46,060 nt of DNA from UHGV virus genome UHGV-1373565; one strand, 5' to 3'. Below the pieces are notes generated by a model. That model ran no database searches. It was not told the origin of the DNA and worked only from the letters and a program-made list of their open reading frames with translations. Numbering within the stretch: the first letter of the stretch is position 1; each line of letters begins with the position of its first letter. Below, one piece after another: positions 15,986-26,900 of this stretch. The translations under genes and the position numbers were made by a program. The DNA is from a virus.

Positions 15986-16864
15986 ATGAGCTACGAAATC
16001 CTTTCAGTTGGCGACCAGCCTGCTAATAACAATGGTACTAATGGCAACCTGTCAACTACACCAGAAGATACTCCAGCTACCACTGTAGAGGACAGCAACG
16101 GTAATGCTGTAGAGACTACCCAAGCAACCACTGAGACTCAGACAACTGAGCAGGAAACTGAACAGACTACTGATGAACCTCAGGAGAGTGTGCCTGAATA
16201 CTTCTTTGGTGAAGACCAAGTTGAGGTTGAAGTACCTGAAGATATTGCAGCTGCTTTTGCTGAGAAGGGTATTGATAGCAATCAGGTACTGTCAGAGCTG
16301 TTTGCCAAGGGTGGTAAGTTTGAGCTTACACCTGAGACTAAAGCTAAGCTTGATGAAGCTTTTGGCAAGCCTCTGGTAGATGGCTACCTGAACCTCTACC
16401 GCCAGCAGAATAAGCTGGCTGTTGACCAGTTTAAGTCTGATGCAGCAGCTCAGGAGAAGTTGCACACTGAGATTACTGGTGACTTTAACACGCTGGTGGG
16501 CGGTGATGAGGGCTGGTCTGAGCTTGACAAGTGGGCTGCTGAGAACATGAGTGAAGCTGAGCTGGCATCCTTCAACGCTGTTATGCAGCTGCCGCCAGAA
16601 AACTGGAAAGCTCAACGGGCTGTCATTGAGGCCATGCAAATCAAGCGCGGTGCTGTTGTCGAGAAGACAGAGGGTACTGGCATGGGCGAGCTGATTGGTG
16701 ATGACGGAGAAGCTGGCAAGCGCAATTCTGAGGGGTTGCCGCAAACTCTGACAATGGCTGAGTTCCAGAGCATGATGGGTACAGAGAAGTACCGGAAAGA
16801 CCCCGCCTACGCTGCCCGTGTTGACGCCATCCGTCGAGCCTCTAAGCAAGCTGGTATTGCTTAA
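15986..16864 (+). CDS. Capsid assembly (scaffolding) protein.
   Basis: Acidic, T/E/Q-rich, low complexity; position between portal and capsid. Confidence 0.65.
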   Translation: MSYEILSVGDQPANNNGTNGNLSTTPEDTPATTVEDSNGNAVETTQATTETQTTEQETEQTTDEPQESVPEYFFGEDQVEVEVPEDIAAAFAEKGIDSNQVLSELFAKGGKFELTPETKAKLDEAFGKPLVDGYLNLYRQQNKLAVDQFKSDAAAQEKLHTEITGDFNTLVGGDEGWSELDKWAAENMSEAELASFNAVMQLPPENWKAQRAVIEAMQIKRGAVVEKTEGTGMGELIGDDGEAGKRNSEGLPQTLTMAEFQSMMGTEKYRKDPAYAARVDAIRRASKQAGIA

Positions 16865-16879
16865 ATTTCAACCACTTAA

Positions 16880-16903
16880 TAATTAGGCACTACAATAGGA
16901 GAA
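16880..16903 (+). promoter_or_regulatory. Phage RNAP promoter (taattaggcactacaataggagaag) upstream of the capsid gene (phi10 analogue).
   Basis: Perfect consensus; followed by a leader hairpin aagct-gaaagt-agctt. Confidence 0.8.
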
Positions 16904-16964
16904 GCTGAAAGTAGCTTTGTGGGCTAGTGCCTACCTAATAAATTTATAAGGAGACAACTAACAT

Positions 16965-18077
16965 ATGTCTAGCGTTAACAATCTGGTAAACCCTGCTGTC
17001 TCAGTCTCTGGTGAGGTAGACACACTACTCATTGAGAAGTTTGATGGTCAGGTTAAGTTGGCCTATAAAGAGATGGTCAACATGATGCGCTACTTCGACC
17101 TGAAGGAAGTGGTAGGCACTAACTCCGTTTCTAACAAATACATGGGCACTACCCAAGTTCAGGGCTTAGCTCCGGGTGCTGATGTTAAAGGCACACAAGT
17201 TGAGTTCGACAAAAACCAGCTGGTAATCGACACTGTTGTTATTGCACGTAACAACGTAGGTATTCTGGCTGATGTTCAGGATGACATCAATACCAAAGGT
17301 AAACTGGCAGTAGACCAAGTAGAACAGCTGGGTATGATGGAAGACCGTATGCTTATCCAGCAGATTGCTTATGGTGCTATCAAGAACACCAGTGCTAAGC
17401 GTACCAAACCTCGTGTACGTGGTCACGGCTTCTCTGTTGATGTTAAAGTCAAGGCAGAGACTATGGAGTACCCTAACGCTGTTCAGGCTTCTCTGGAAGC
17501 TGTTCTGGAAGCTATGGTCAAGCAGAACGTACCTATCCAGAAGATTGCAGCAATTATGGATTGGACATACTTCAATACCCTGCGTGATGCAGAGCGTATT
17601 GTAAATGCCACCTACACCACTGCCTCTGGTACTACCGTCAATGGCTTTGTACTGAAGTCTTACAACCTGCCAATCATTCCTACTAACCAGATGCCTAATA
17701 AGGATCGTGACCAGCAGGACTTGGATGGCAACACTACAGACCATCACCTGCTGTCTAATGCTAATAACGGATACCGTTATGATGTTCTGGCAACTGGTGA
17801 TGACCGCATGGATAACGTAGTAGCTGTCCTGTTCGGCTCAGAGGGTCTAATGGTTGGTCGCTCAATCTCACTGCAAGGTAAGATTTGGATGAACGACAAC
17901 AACAAGACTTGGTACATTGACTCTTGGATGTCAGAGGGTGCTATCCCTGACCGTTGGGAGCACCTTGGCATTGTACGTGTGGTAGGGGACGACAAAGCCT
18001 CTGAGGATATTGCAGTCCGTAAGCGTGCTAACCGTAAGGTTGTTCCGGTGTCTAACACCCCACTGGCTACTTCTTAA
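16965..18077 (+). CDS. Major capsid protein.
   Basis: Size (370 aa), strong promoter, strong terminator, optimal codon usage, position. Confidence 0.8.
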   Translation: MSSVNNLVNPAVSVSGEVDTLLIEKFDGQVKLAYKEMVNMMRYFDLKEVVGTNSVSNKYMGTTQVQGLAPGADVKGTQVEFDKNQLVIDTVVIARNNVGILADVQDDINTKGKLAVDQVEQLGMMEDRMLIQQIAYGAIKNTSAKRTKPRVRGHGFSVDVKVKAETMEYPNAVQASLEAVLEAMVKQNVPIQKIAAIMDWTYFNTLRDAERIVNATYTTASGTTVNGFVLKSYNLPIIPTNQMPNKDRDQQDLDGNTTDHHLLSNANNGYRYDVLATGDDRMDNVVAVLFGSEGLMVGRSISLQGKIWMNDNNKTWYIDSWMSEGAIPDRWEHLGIVRVVGDDKASEDIAVRKRANRKVVPVSNTPLATS

Positions 18078-18093
18078 TTATAAGTGCCACTTT

Positions 18094-18126
18094 GCCCCGT
18101 CCTCTTGGATGGGGCTTATTTTTGTT
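18094..18126 (+). terminator. Rho-independent terminator (T-phi analogue) after the capsid gene.
   Basis: gccccgtcc-tctt-ggatggggc 9-bp stem followed by ttatttttgtt. Confidence 0.75.
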
Positions 18127-18136
18127 AGGAGGCTGA

Positions 18137-18766
18137 ATGCAGCTCTATGTCAACACAAGACTAGATGCAATCAACTATGCCCTTAGCTGTATTGGGCTTG
18201 CACCAGTTGACTCAGAAGATGATTACAACTTGGATGTTGCTCAAGCTGGCGGGATGGTTGATAAGGTTTCTAGGACTATTCAAAACAATAAGGGTAGAGG
18301 CTATTGGTTTAATCGAGAGGCTAACCACAAGCTTGCTCCTGACCCTGTAACTGGTAACGTGCTTGTCCCCAATAACACATTAGCTGTCTATCGTTTTGAC
18401 AACTTCAACAGGCCAGCAAAGATTGCTACTAGAGGGAGGGCTTTATATGATACAGCTACTCATGGATTTGATATGCGCGGACTTGTTAACAGTGATGGCT
18501 TTGTTCACCTAATGCTGGTGACACAGCTTGAGTATGGTGATTTGCCACAGACTGCTAAGGATGCCATTGCTGCTCAGGCTGGTATGATGTTTGCACGTAG
18601 CAATGAGATGGATATGAACCGCATTAAAGTTCTTGCTGGTGAGGCTGAAGAAGCTATGTGGGGTCTTGAGTGTGAGGAAACCACACAGTCTCAGGCTAAT
18701 GCTTTCAAAGATAGCAGGAGCATGGCGCAGTTTAACTTTGTTGTTGGTGGGTATAACGACATTTAG
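18137..18766 (+). CDS. Tail tubular protein A (gp11-like).
   Basis: Size and position after capsid; aggagg RBS. Confidence 0.65.
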   Translation: MQLYVNTRLDAINYALSCIGLAPVDSEDDYNLDVAQAGGMVDKVSRTIQNNKGRGYWFNREANHKLAPDPVTGNVLVPNNTLAVYRFDNFNRPAKIATRGRALYDTATHGFDMRGLVNSDGFVHLMLVTQLEYGDLPQTAKDAIAAQAGMMFARSNEMDMNRIKVLAGEAEEAMWGLECEETTQSQANAFKDSRSMAQFNFVVGGYNDI

Positions 18767-18771
18767 GAGGT

Positions 18772-21165
18772 TTGATGGCCTATGTAACTACCAGCTATGG
18801 CAGACCTATACAGGGTGTGTCACAGCAACCTGACAGGATTAGGCTAGAGGGCCAGTGTACCCTACAGGAGAACTTTATACCTGATGTAGTCAAGGGTCTG
18901 ATTAAGAGGCCATCTACTTATCTTGTCAATAAAATAGCTGATAAAAATATAAGCAGTCTGTCTAAGTTCCACTCATATGACAGGGGCGATGAGTCGTACT
19001 TCATGCTTATTGAGCCATCCTCTACTACTATAAAAGTCTTCAACTCAAAGGGAGAACCACAGGTTGTGAATGGCTCTGTAAACTATATACAGACGCAAGA
19101 CCCTTGGAAGACTTTGGACATGAGGACAATAGGCGATTTTACATTCATTACCAATAAGACTGTCCCTGTTAAGATGTCTAGTGAGAAGTCACCAGTTCAG
19201 TCAACCTTGGGTATTGTATACTGCCAGTATGCCACCTATGGAAAGACTTATAAGATAATGGCTGACGGGGCGACTCTTGCGACCTACACCACAAAGGATG
19301 GTGGGTCATCATCTGATATTAATGATGTTGCAACCGATAATGTAGCTTTGCAGCTTTATAAGCAGATTCACGGCGACCCAACAGCTAGCCCTGCCATACC
19401 TGCTAACCCCACATATGATGCAGAGTTGCATGATAATGTTATATACATAACTAAGAGAGATGGCAGTGACTTTAAACTAACAACAAGTGACTCTCAGAAG
19501 GGTGAGGACTTGATTGCAGCAAAAGGCTCTGTTAAATCTGTTAACCAGTTACCACCTATTGCACCTAATGGGTTTGTCTTGAGGATTACTGGCGAGGGTA
19601 AATCTACTAAGGATGACTACTGGCTTAAGGCTGAGGTTAGTAATGACTCTAAGATTAGATGGGTGGAATCTGTTCAGCCAAACATCTTAATAGCCTTTGA
19701 TGCCAACACAATGCCACATGTGCTAATTAGGGAATCCATTAGTAATGGTGTAGCTACTTTCACACTAAAGCCAGCTGATTGGGATAAACGTCAAGTGGGT
19801 GGTGAGGATAGTAACCCATTGCCAAGCTTTATAGACGAAGACAACCCAATGCCGATTCAGGCAACTGGTGTATTTCAGAACAGACTATTTTTCCTAGCTG
19901 GTGAGGCTTGGATAGCTTCAAGGTCTAATCTGTTCTTCAACTTCTGGCGTGAGTCAACACAGGCTGAGGTCGATACAGACCCGCTAGATGGGTATGCAGA
20001 TACCGATAGGGTTAATAGTCTTTATCAGTACCAGATACTTAATGGCTCCTTGGCTATATTTGCTGACCAAGCTCAGTTTATTATTGATGGCTCTAAGCCA
20101 GTGACCAAAGCTAACTTGACACTACAGCAAGTTACTGCATACCCAAACAACATCCATGTACAACCGCAGGCTGGTGGCGAGAATATCTTCTTTGCTTATG
20201 ATGCAAGTGGGTTTACTGGAATCCGTGAGCTGTTCACTGATAACTACACAGATACCAAGAAAGCCTACCCAATAACTGACTATGTTAGTAAGTACATAGA
20301 AGGTCAATGCACACAGCTGCTCGCTTCCCCTAACTTCAACTCTATGATGATTAGAACAGAAGCTAATCCATCTGTTGTATATGTGTATGACTGGCTGTGG
20401 CAAGCTGAACAGAAGGTTCAAAGTGCTTGGCATAAGTGGGTATTTGATGGGAATGTATTGTTCCTGTTCTACCTATCAGACTTGATGTATGTCGTGTACA
20501 GCAAGGATAATAAGACCTATGTAGACTACTTACATATGGTTAATGACCCTTCTGACTATGGGCTTGATTACTCTATTAAGCTAGACCACAAAGTATCTGT
20601 GACTGCTGTATATGATGCAGCTACTAAGAGCTACTCAATACAGTTGCCATATAGTAGGGGTGATGTTGTATTCACTGTAGGTGATGGTGGGTATGAGACT
20701 ATGATAGGTTCAGCATTTGTTGCTACTTACAAAGGTAATGGTCTGTGGGCAACTACAGAACGTATATCCGACAAGAAAGACCTTACAGTAGTTTGTGGGG
20801 TTAAGTATAAGTCTAGGTACATTCCTACACAGCCTGTGGTTAAAGATGCTCGTGACAGAGTTATAGGTCTTGATAGCATTATCATGAGCAACATGTATGT
20901 TCATTATGAGCTTACTGGATTCTTGGAAATGGTTGTCAAACCTAAGCAGGGTCAGGAGCGTGAGTATAGATTCTTTGGCAGGTGGATGGGTTCTGCTAAT
21001 AACTTAGTAGGCTCACCCATACTGGAGAATGGTACTTACAGGGCACCTATCAGACAACGTGCAGAAGACCTTCAGATTATCATCCAATCTGATAGCCATT
21101 ACCCACTAACCATACGTGACATCGAAATAGATGGCACTTTCCACTCACGTAGTAAACGTATATAA
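18772..21165 (+). CDS. Tail tubular protein B (gp12-like).
   Basis: 797 aa against T7 gp12 794 aa; position. Confidence 0.7.
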   Translation: MMAYVTTSYGRPIQGVSQQPDRIRLEGQCTLQENFIPDVVKGLIKRPSTYLVNKIADKNISSLSKFHSYDRGDESYFMLIEPSSTTIKVFNSKGEPQVVNGSVNYIQTQDPWKTLDMRTIGDFTFITNKTVPVKMSSEKSPVQSTLGIVYCQYATYGKTYKIMADGATLATYTTKDGGSSSDINDVATDNVALQLYKQIHGDPTASPAIPANPTYDAELHDNVIYITKRDGSDFKLTTSDSQKGEDLIAAKGSVKSVNQLPPIAPNGFVLRITGEGKSTKDDYWLKAEVSNDSKIRWVESVQPNILIAFDANTMPHVLIRESISNGVATFTLKPADWDKRQVGGEDSNPLPSFIDEDNPMPIQATGVFQNRLFFLAGEAWIASRSNLFFNFWRESTQAEVDTDPLDGYADTDRVNSLYQYQILNGSLAIFADQAQFIIDGSKPVTKANLTLQQVTAYPNNIHVQPQAGGENIFFAYDASGFTGIRELFTDNYTDTKKAYPITDYVSKYIEGQCTQLLASPNFNSMMIRTEANPSVVYVYDWLWQAEQKVQSAWHKWVFDGNVLFLFYLSDLMYVVYSKDNKTYVDYLHMVNDPSDYGLDYSIKLDHKVSVTAVYDAATKSYSIQLPYSRGDVVFTVGDGGYETMIGSAFVATYKGNGLWATTERISDKKDLTVVCGVKYKSRYIPTQPVVKDARDRVIGLDSIIMSNMYVHYELTGFLEMVVKPKQGQEREYRFFGRWMGSANNLVGSPILENGTYRAPIRQRAEDLQIIIQSDSHYPLTIRDIEIDGTFHSRSKRI

Positions 21166-21174
21166 GGAGGCACT

Positions 21175-21780
21175 ATGGCAGCAACAGCAGCAATAGGTGC
21201 ATGGGCTGCTGCTAACGCTGGTACTATTGCAGCTGTATCTACTGCTGTTTCAGTGGCGGCTACAGCTTCTCAATTTTACTCACAGAGCCAGCAGGCAAAG
21301 GCACAAGCTGAAGCAGTTAGCCAGCAGAATGAGCAGCTAGCAAAGCAGGCCGTTGAGTCCTATGATGACCTGACACCTGCTGAGATTGATGCTCAGCGTA
21401 ATGCAGCTGACATGGAGCTACAGCAACAAGCTGAGGCTCTACAAGCTAAGGGTAGGGTTAACGTATTCGCAGCAGCATCCGGTACGGCTGGTCAAAGTGT
21501 TGATAGTATGCTTTTCAATATCGACGCTATTAAGGCTCGCAATACTAATGAGATACTCAAACAGCGTGAGGCAGGCTTGTTTAGCATTAAGCAGCAAGCT
21601 GAACAATCACGCCAAGGTGCGATAAGTAATATGAGCCGAGAGGCTATCCAGCGTCCATCATGGATTGAGGCTGGCCTTAAGATGGGTACTCAGGCTGTAA
21701 GTGGATTGTCCAGCTACAATCAGAAGTATCAAGACACCTTCAGTAAGCAAGAGAAAGCAACAGTGAGGAGTAGCGTTTAA
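21175..21780 (+). CDS. Internal virion protein (gp14-like).
   Basis: Ala/Gln-rich, about 200 aa, N-terminal hydrophobic segment; position. Confidence 0.5.
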   Translation: MAATAAIGAWAAANAGTIAAVSTAVSVAATASQFYSQSQQAKAQAEAVSQQNEQLAKQAVESYDDLTPAEIDAQRNAADMELQQQAEALQAKGRVNVFAAASGTAGQSVDSMLFNIDAIKARNTNEILKQREAGLFSIKQQAEQSRQGAISNMSREAIQRPSWIEAGLKMGTQAVSGLSSYNQKYQDTFSKQEKATVRSSV

Positions 21781-23924
21781 TGGTGCAGCGTACAGAAGTT
21801 CAGGGTATGCAGCAGCTAGCAACGGGGCAGGTTAGTAGACCTGCTCAGGTTGTTCGCAGAGCTGTTGAGCCTATTGATGATTCTAAGGTAAAGAGCTATG
21901 AAACAACTAACCGCATCTTAGGTGCGCTTGGTGAGTTCGTAGATGCATCAAGTGAAGCTGCTTACAAGCAAGCTCAGATTGATGTAGAGAAGAAGAAGAT
22001 TAGCGGTATGGCTACAGCAGTCTCTGGTGGCAAGCTAGGCGAGGAGGCCACCAAAGCTGAGCTGATGGGCTATGACTTAGTTCAGTCTCAATCTGAGTTG
22101 GCAGTAGCTAACGAGGAGCTATCCAAAGCTATCATGGCTCAGCCTGATATGGATGATGAGACTTACTCTAAGATGCGTGATGCTAAGTACGGTGACTTGC
22201 TGGCTAAGTATCAAGACCGTGACCCTAATGTGTTCAAGGCCATTTCTATCAAGGCTCAGGAAAGCCAAAGTGTCCTGTTCAACATCAGAACAAGAGCACA
22301 GAAAGAGTACAGGGATTACAAGGCTAAAGAAACCTTAAACTACAATATCAATAGTCAGCTTGATGGGGCTAGGTCCGTTGAGCAAGGTATTAACTTAATC
22401 CACCAGTACATGCATCAGGGCATGGCTATGGGATTGAGCGAACCTGTTATTAAGGACATGCTTTTCCAGAATATGAAGCTGACAGCAGCTAACGGTGACA
22501 ATCGCCTGCTTACATTCATGCAGAATATGGACTGGAGTAAATATGCACCTGATACACAGCAAGCTCAGAAGCTCTATAAATCTTATGTGGATGAAGCCCA
22601 AGCCAAGTATGAAGCTGCGCTACAGAAGCAGAATGTATTTGCTTATGGGGCTATGTATGCTGAGCTAGAGACAGCTGCTAAGAATGGTACTCCACCAGAG
22701 CAGCTTATGCAGATGATGCAGGGTATGCAGGCTAAGGGTCTTAAGTTCACGCCTTCAAGTGTGGCTAGCTACCTAACAATGGGGCAGAACATTAGCAAGT
22801 CTGAGGCTGCCTTACGTGGTAATGTGGCTACATGGCAACAGAATCGTGGTCAGTTTAATCTAGCACAGAATCCATTCATCCCCACTGATGATAAGAAGAA
22901 GGTGCTAGATGCTGCTGAGTCTGCTGTTATTGAGCAATCGCAGAATGTTCCAGATGAGCAGCGTGGTGACTTTGTTATATCTAACCTTATTCGCTTGTCA
23001 GCTCAAGAGGGTATGCCAGTTAAGACTATTGGCACTGCATTGCAAAGTCTAGCAACACTAGACACTAACGCTACTATGACCCCATCCACCCAGCTTTGGA
23101 CTAAGTACCTTATGGCTGCTGATGACCAGACTATCAGGATGAATGTACCTAGCGAGCAAGACCAAGCATTCCTGTTTGGGTTGCGTGATGTTCTGGCTAA
23201 TAACCAAGGTCAGGATGGGGACTTGATGCTTAAGACTGCAATTACCCGTGGACAGCAGGTTAGGGATAATAAGGTTCCACTAACGACACAGCAGACTAAC
23301 ACCTTGCGTAGTAAGTCACTGTCTAATGTTAAGGACTTTAAAGACCCTACTCAAACCACTTGGTATTTCCGAGCTGAGAGCCTACCTACACAGGTTAGGG
23401 ATTATGTGGCTAATCGGGTTAATGCAAAAGCTAAAAGTCTGTATGCAGTAACTGGTAACACTGACAAAGCTGTTGAGCTTGCAACCAAAGAGTTCAAGAA
23501 CAACAACATGATTCTTAGTGGTGGTGTGGTAGCTAACATTGGTGTTAGGCAGCTTGCTGGGTTCATCCCTGAGTTTGCTCAGAAGGGTGATGATGCTGAG
23601 ATGGTTCAACGTAGAGCTGTATCCGCATTGGACTATAAGCTTGATAACATCATCAAACAGCAATCTAAGTCTGATGGGATTGATTACAAGCGTGAGGATG
23701 TAAATGTCATGTTCTCCAACTCTGGTAATACTTATCAGGTTAACGTGGGTGGACTAACAGTTGGCACATACTTCACAAGCGACTTAAAGAATGACTTCAA
23801 TGAACAATTCTTTAAGCAGTGGAATGCTGAACAGGATAAGCAGCTCGGTATTTCCAAGCGGTTCCGTCAGTTTGAGGAAACTAAAGACCTTCAACGCAAG
23901 GTGCAGCAGATAATGCCTAAATAA
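21780..23924 (+). CDS. Internal virion protein (gp15-like).
   Basis: 714 aa; position. Confidence 0.55.
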   Translation: MVQRTEVQGMQQLATGQVSRPAQVVRRAVEPIDDSKVKSYETTNRILGALGEFVDASSEAAYKQAQIDVEKKKISGMATAVSGGKLGEEATKAELMGYDLVQSQSELAVANEELSKAIMAQPDMDDETYSKMRDAKYGDLLAKYQDRDPNVFKAISIKAQESQSVLFNIRTRAQKEYRDYKAKETLNYNINSQLDGARSVEQGINLIHQYMHQGMAMGLSEPVIKDMLFQNMKLTAANGDNRLLTFMQNMDWSKYAPDTQQAQKLYKSYVDEAQAKYEAALQKQNVFAYGAMYAELETAAKNGTPPEQLMQMMQGMQAKGLKFTPSSVASYLTMGQNISKSEAALRGNVATWQQNRGQFNLAQNPFIPTDDKKKVLDAAESAVIEQSQNVPDEQRGDFVISNLIRLSAQEGMPVKTIGTALQSLATLDTNATMTPSTQLWTKYLMAADDQTIRMNVPSEQDQAFLFGLRDVLANNQGQDGDLMLKTAITRGQQVRDNKVPLTTQQTNTLRSKSLSNVKDFKDPTQTTWYFRAESLPTQVRDYVANRVNAKAKSLYAVTGNTDKAVELATKEFKNNNMILSGGVVANIGVRQLAGFIPEFAQKGDDAEMVQRRAVSALDYKLDNIIKQQSKSDGIDYKREDVNVMFSNSGNTYQVNVGGLTVGTYFTSDLKNDFNEQFFKQWNAEQDKQLGISKRFRQFEETKDLQRKVQQIMPK

Positions 23925-23938
23925 TAGAGAGGTGAGTT

Positions 23939-26900
23939 ATGGCAGATACAAGCGTACCCCAAGAGCAAAGCTTTGGCGACCTCTTTGGGGCTGCTGCTCG
24001 TAATAATTGGATATTACAGCAAAAGCAACAATCAGAGGACTTGATGACTTATGGTACGCCTGTTGAGGGCTACAAGCCTAGCTATGAGGATGTCAGCAAG
24101 ATCACAACTGATTACAAGCTAACAGATGAGCAATCAAAAGTCCTCTCAGGCTCTATGAGTCCTGAGGAGCTACAGTACCGAGCTAAGGTATTTAAGGACA
24201 ACAACGACAGCAAGAAGACTCTGGATAATGCTGGATGGAAAGGTGTGGCAGCTGAGGTTCTCAGCTATGCAGCTGACCCTGTGATGTTGCCAACATATGC
24301 ACTGAAGACACCTATGGTAGTAGGTCAAATTGCTACTAAGCTTGGCTTCCAGTTCTCCAAGACTGCTGTCACTGGAGCCATTGAAAGGGCTGTTGGTGCG
24401 GGTATCGTAGGTGGTGCAATTGGCTTAGGTCAGGAAGCTGTTCTGTCTATGTATGACCCTAACCGTGATGTCAATGATGTTGTGTTAGCTGGCATATCGG
24501 GTGTGATAGGTGGTGCTGCATTCTCCAGCTTAGCTGATGGGGGTGCAGCTATCTTTGGGCGGCTAACAGCTAAGCGTCAGCTTGGTAGGGCTATGGATGA
24601 AGCTGTTGAAGCATTTGACTGGGATAACAGCATTAACCTAGTTAACTCAGCTGACCATGAGCTTACTGGAGCCTCTATGGGTCGCATCGAGAATACTCAG
24701 TATGGCAAATACTTTGACATGCTTCAGGGTGAGATACCTGATGAACTAGCTCGCAAGCGTGTGCTAACAGAGGGAGATGCAATCAACAAACTGATTGATG
24801 ACCTCACACCAACTGCTGAGGCTCGTATGTCTCGCGGTCAGCGTATGGAGGCAGAGGCACAGATTAAAGCCACCTCTCACGACATAGAGCTTATCGCACA
24901 GAGGCTTGCAGAGGTTGAGGCAACTGTTCCAACTGGTTCTGGTAAGGCGCTGTCCAAGGCACGACAAGCTAGGTCTTCTGAGATCAGCGCCCTTAGGTCG
25001 CAGATTGATGATTTACGAGCGCAGGTTGTAACTAAGCAAACCGAGCTTTCCCCTCACACAACTGGTGAGTATGCAGAGGCTGTTAGTGACATCAGCAGGC
25101 TTAAGCAGGGTATTATTCCAGATAGGCTTAAGGAGCGTTACCTTGACTTGATAACACCAGAAGACCCTGCACCAGCCTTCAACGAGGCTATTGCTGGCTT
25201 GCCACCAGTTAAAGAGGAGCCAATTGTTCTCCCTGAGCAAGCAGCACAAGAAGCTGCTAAGCCAGTTGAGCAGCCAGATACCTCAATTGGTGCAGCAGAG
25301 GTTAAGGACTCCATCATCTTCCCTGACACCGAGGGCAAGGAGATTAGTGATACTTACGCTAATGTGCTTGGTGGGTTAAAGAAGATTGGTGAGAAGATTC
25401 CAGTAACTAAGGTTGCTGGCTCAACTGCCCTGTATACCAGAGTCATGGCTGGTACTAAGGATAATACCCTGCGCGGTATAGCTTCTCTTGTATTCAATGA
25501 CCCTCATGGCATCAAGGGTGCTCCACAATCTGCTATCGCTTTCTCTGACACTATGCGTACCTCTATCATGCCTAAGGCATTCTTTATTGAGAATGCAGCC
25601 AAGGAACAGTACCTCAAGCAGCTTGGGGTTAATCCATTATTCCAAGCTGGTAAGTACAATGAGGAGCTTATTAAGTTCGACCGCAACATTATGCTACGCA
25701 TGACAGAGCTGACTGACACTGTTATTGGTGATGCAGATGATGCAATTACCAGAGCTGCTAAAGCCCGTGCTCAGGCTTATGCTGAATCACTTAAGCTTAT
25801 GAAGCGTTATGGTGTTCGTGGTTTTGAGAATGTGGAGGAACGTGCAAGCTATACACCAGTGACTTTCGGCAAGAACGACATCACATCAGCCCTCGACCAG
25901 TTTGGGGAAGACGCTGTACGTGAGGTTCTGGCTCGTGGTTATATGACAGGTAAGATTCCTCTGTCAGCTAAGTCAGCTCGCTTGGTAGCTGATAACACAC
26001 TTGAGCGTTACTACCGTAAGTCAGGTAAGGTAGCAGCAGTCAAGCCTACTGAATCTATCAGTGGTAAGATTGCTGAGGCTGTCAATGAATTACGTGAGGG
26101 CGGTGTATCTGATAGTGAAATCAGGACTGTTATTAATATGCTTCAGGATAAGGCGCATGATGAGTCCATCTCCGCTCGTGCCATGCAATCACTACACCCT
26201 AACTTAGCAGCTGAAACCGCTGATGGCTTGCGATTCGTTGACTTGGTGGACTCATCAACAGCTGGTGTGGATAAGTATGTACGAGATGCAGCAGCACAGG
26301 CTGCCTTTGCCAAGTATGGTATGCGCTCACGCCGTCAGGTGGAGGATACCATCACCGAGGCATTCAAGCGCCATCGCCAGCAGCTTACTGAGCTAACTAA
26401 CAACTATAATCGAGCTAAGGAAAGGTTATCAAAGATTGACCGTAGTAAAGCATTACCTTCTATTGTTTCAGAACTTGAGAAGACTATTAAGGACTATGAG
26501 CGCTTAGGTGATATTAATAAGTATCGTAAGTTTTTAGATAGCTATGAAGAAGACTTCTTCAAGGGTGTCAAGGTTACTTTTGGTGAACCCGTTGAGCAGG
26601 CTAACAGCATTGCTTATGCCGCTAGCTCTACTGGTAAACTTGTTAACCTGATGATGCTTGGCTTCTCTGGTCTTGCTCAGGTAGCTGACTTGGGTGTTAC
26701 TATAGCTCGTAGTGGTGTTGGTGCTACCCTTCGTAACTTGCCAACTACTCTGTATCATGGCGTCAGGTCATTGCTGCCGTCTGCTCGTTACTTTGAAACT
26801 AATAATCAGCTCAGCAATATGGCTGAGGTATTTGGTACTGTTAGTCATCAAGACTATCTGTTTGGTCACAAGATGATGAAAGGTGCTGAGTATGGTGATG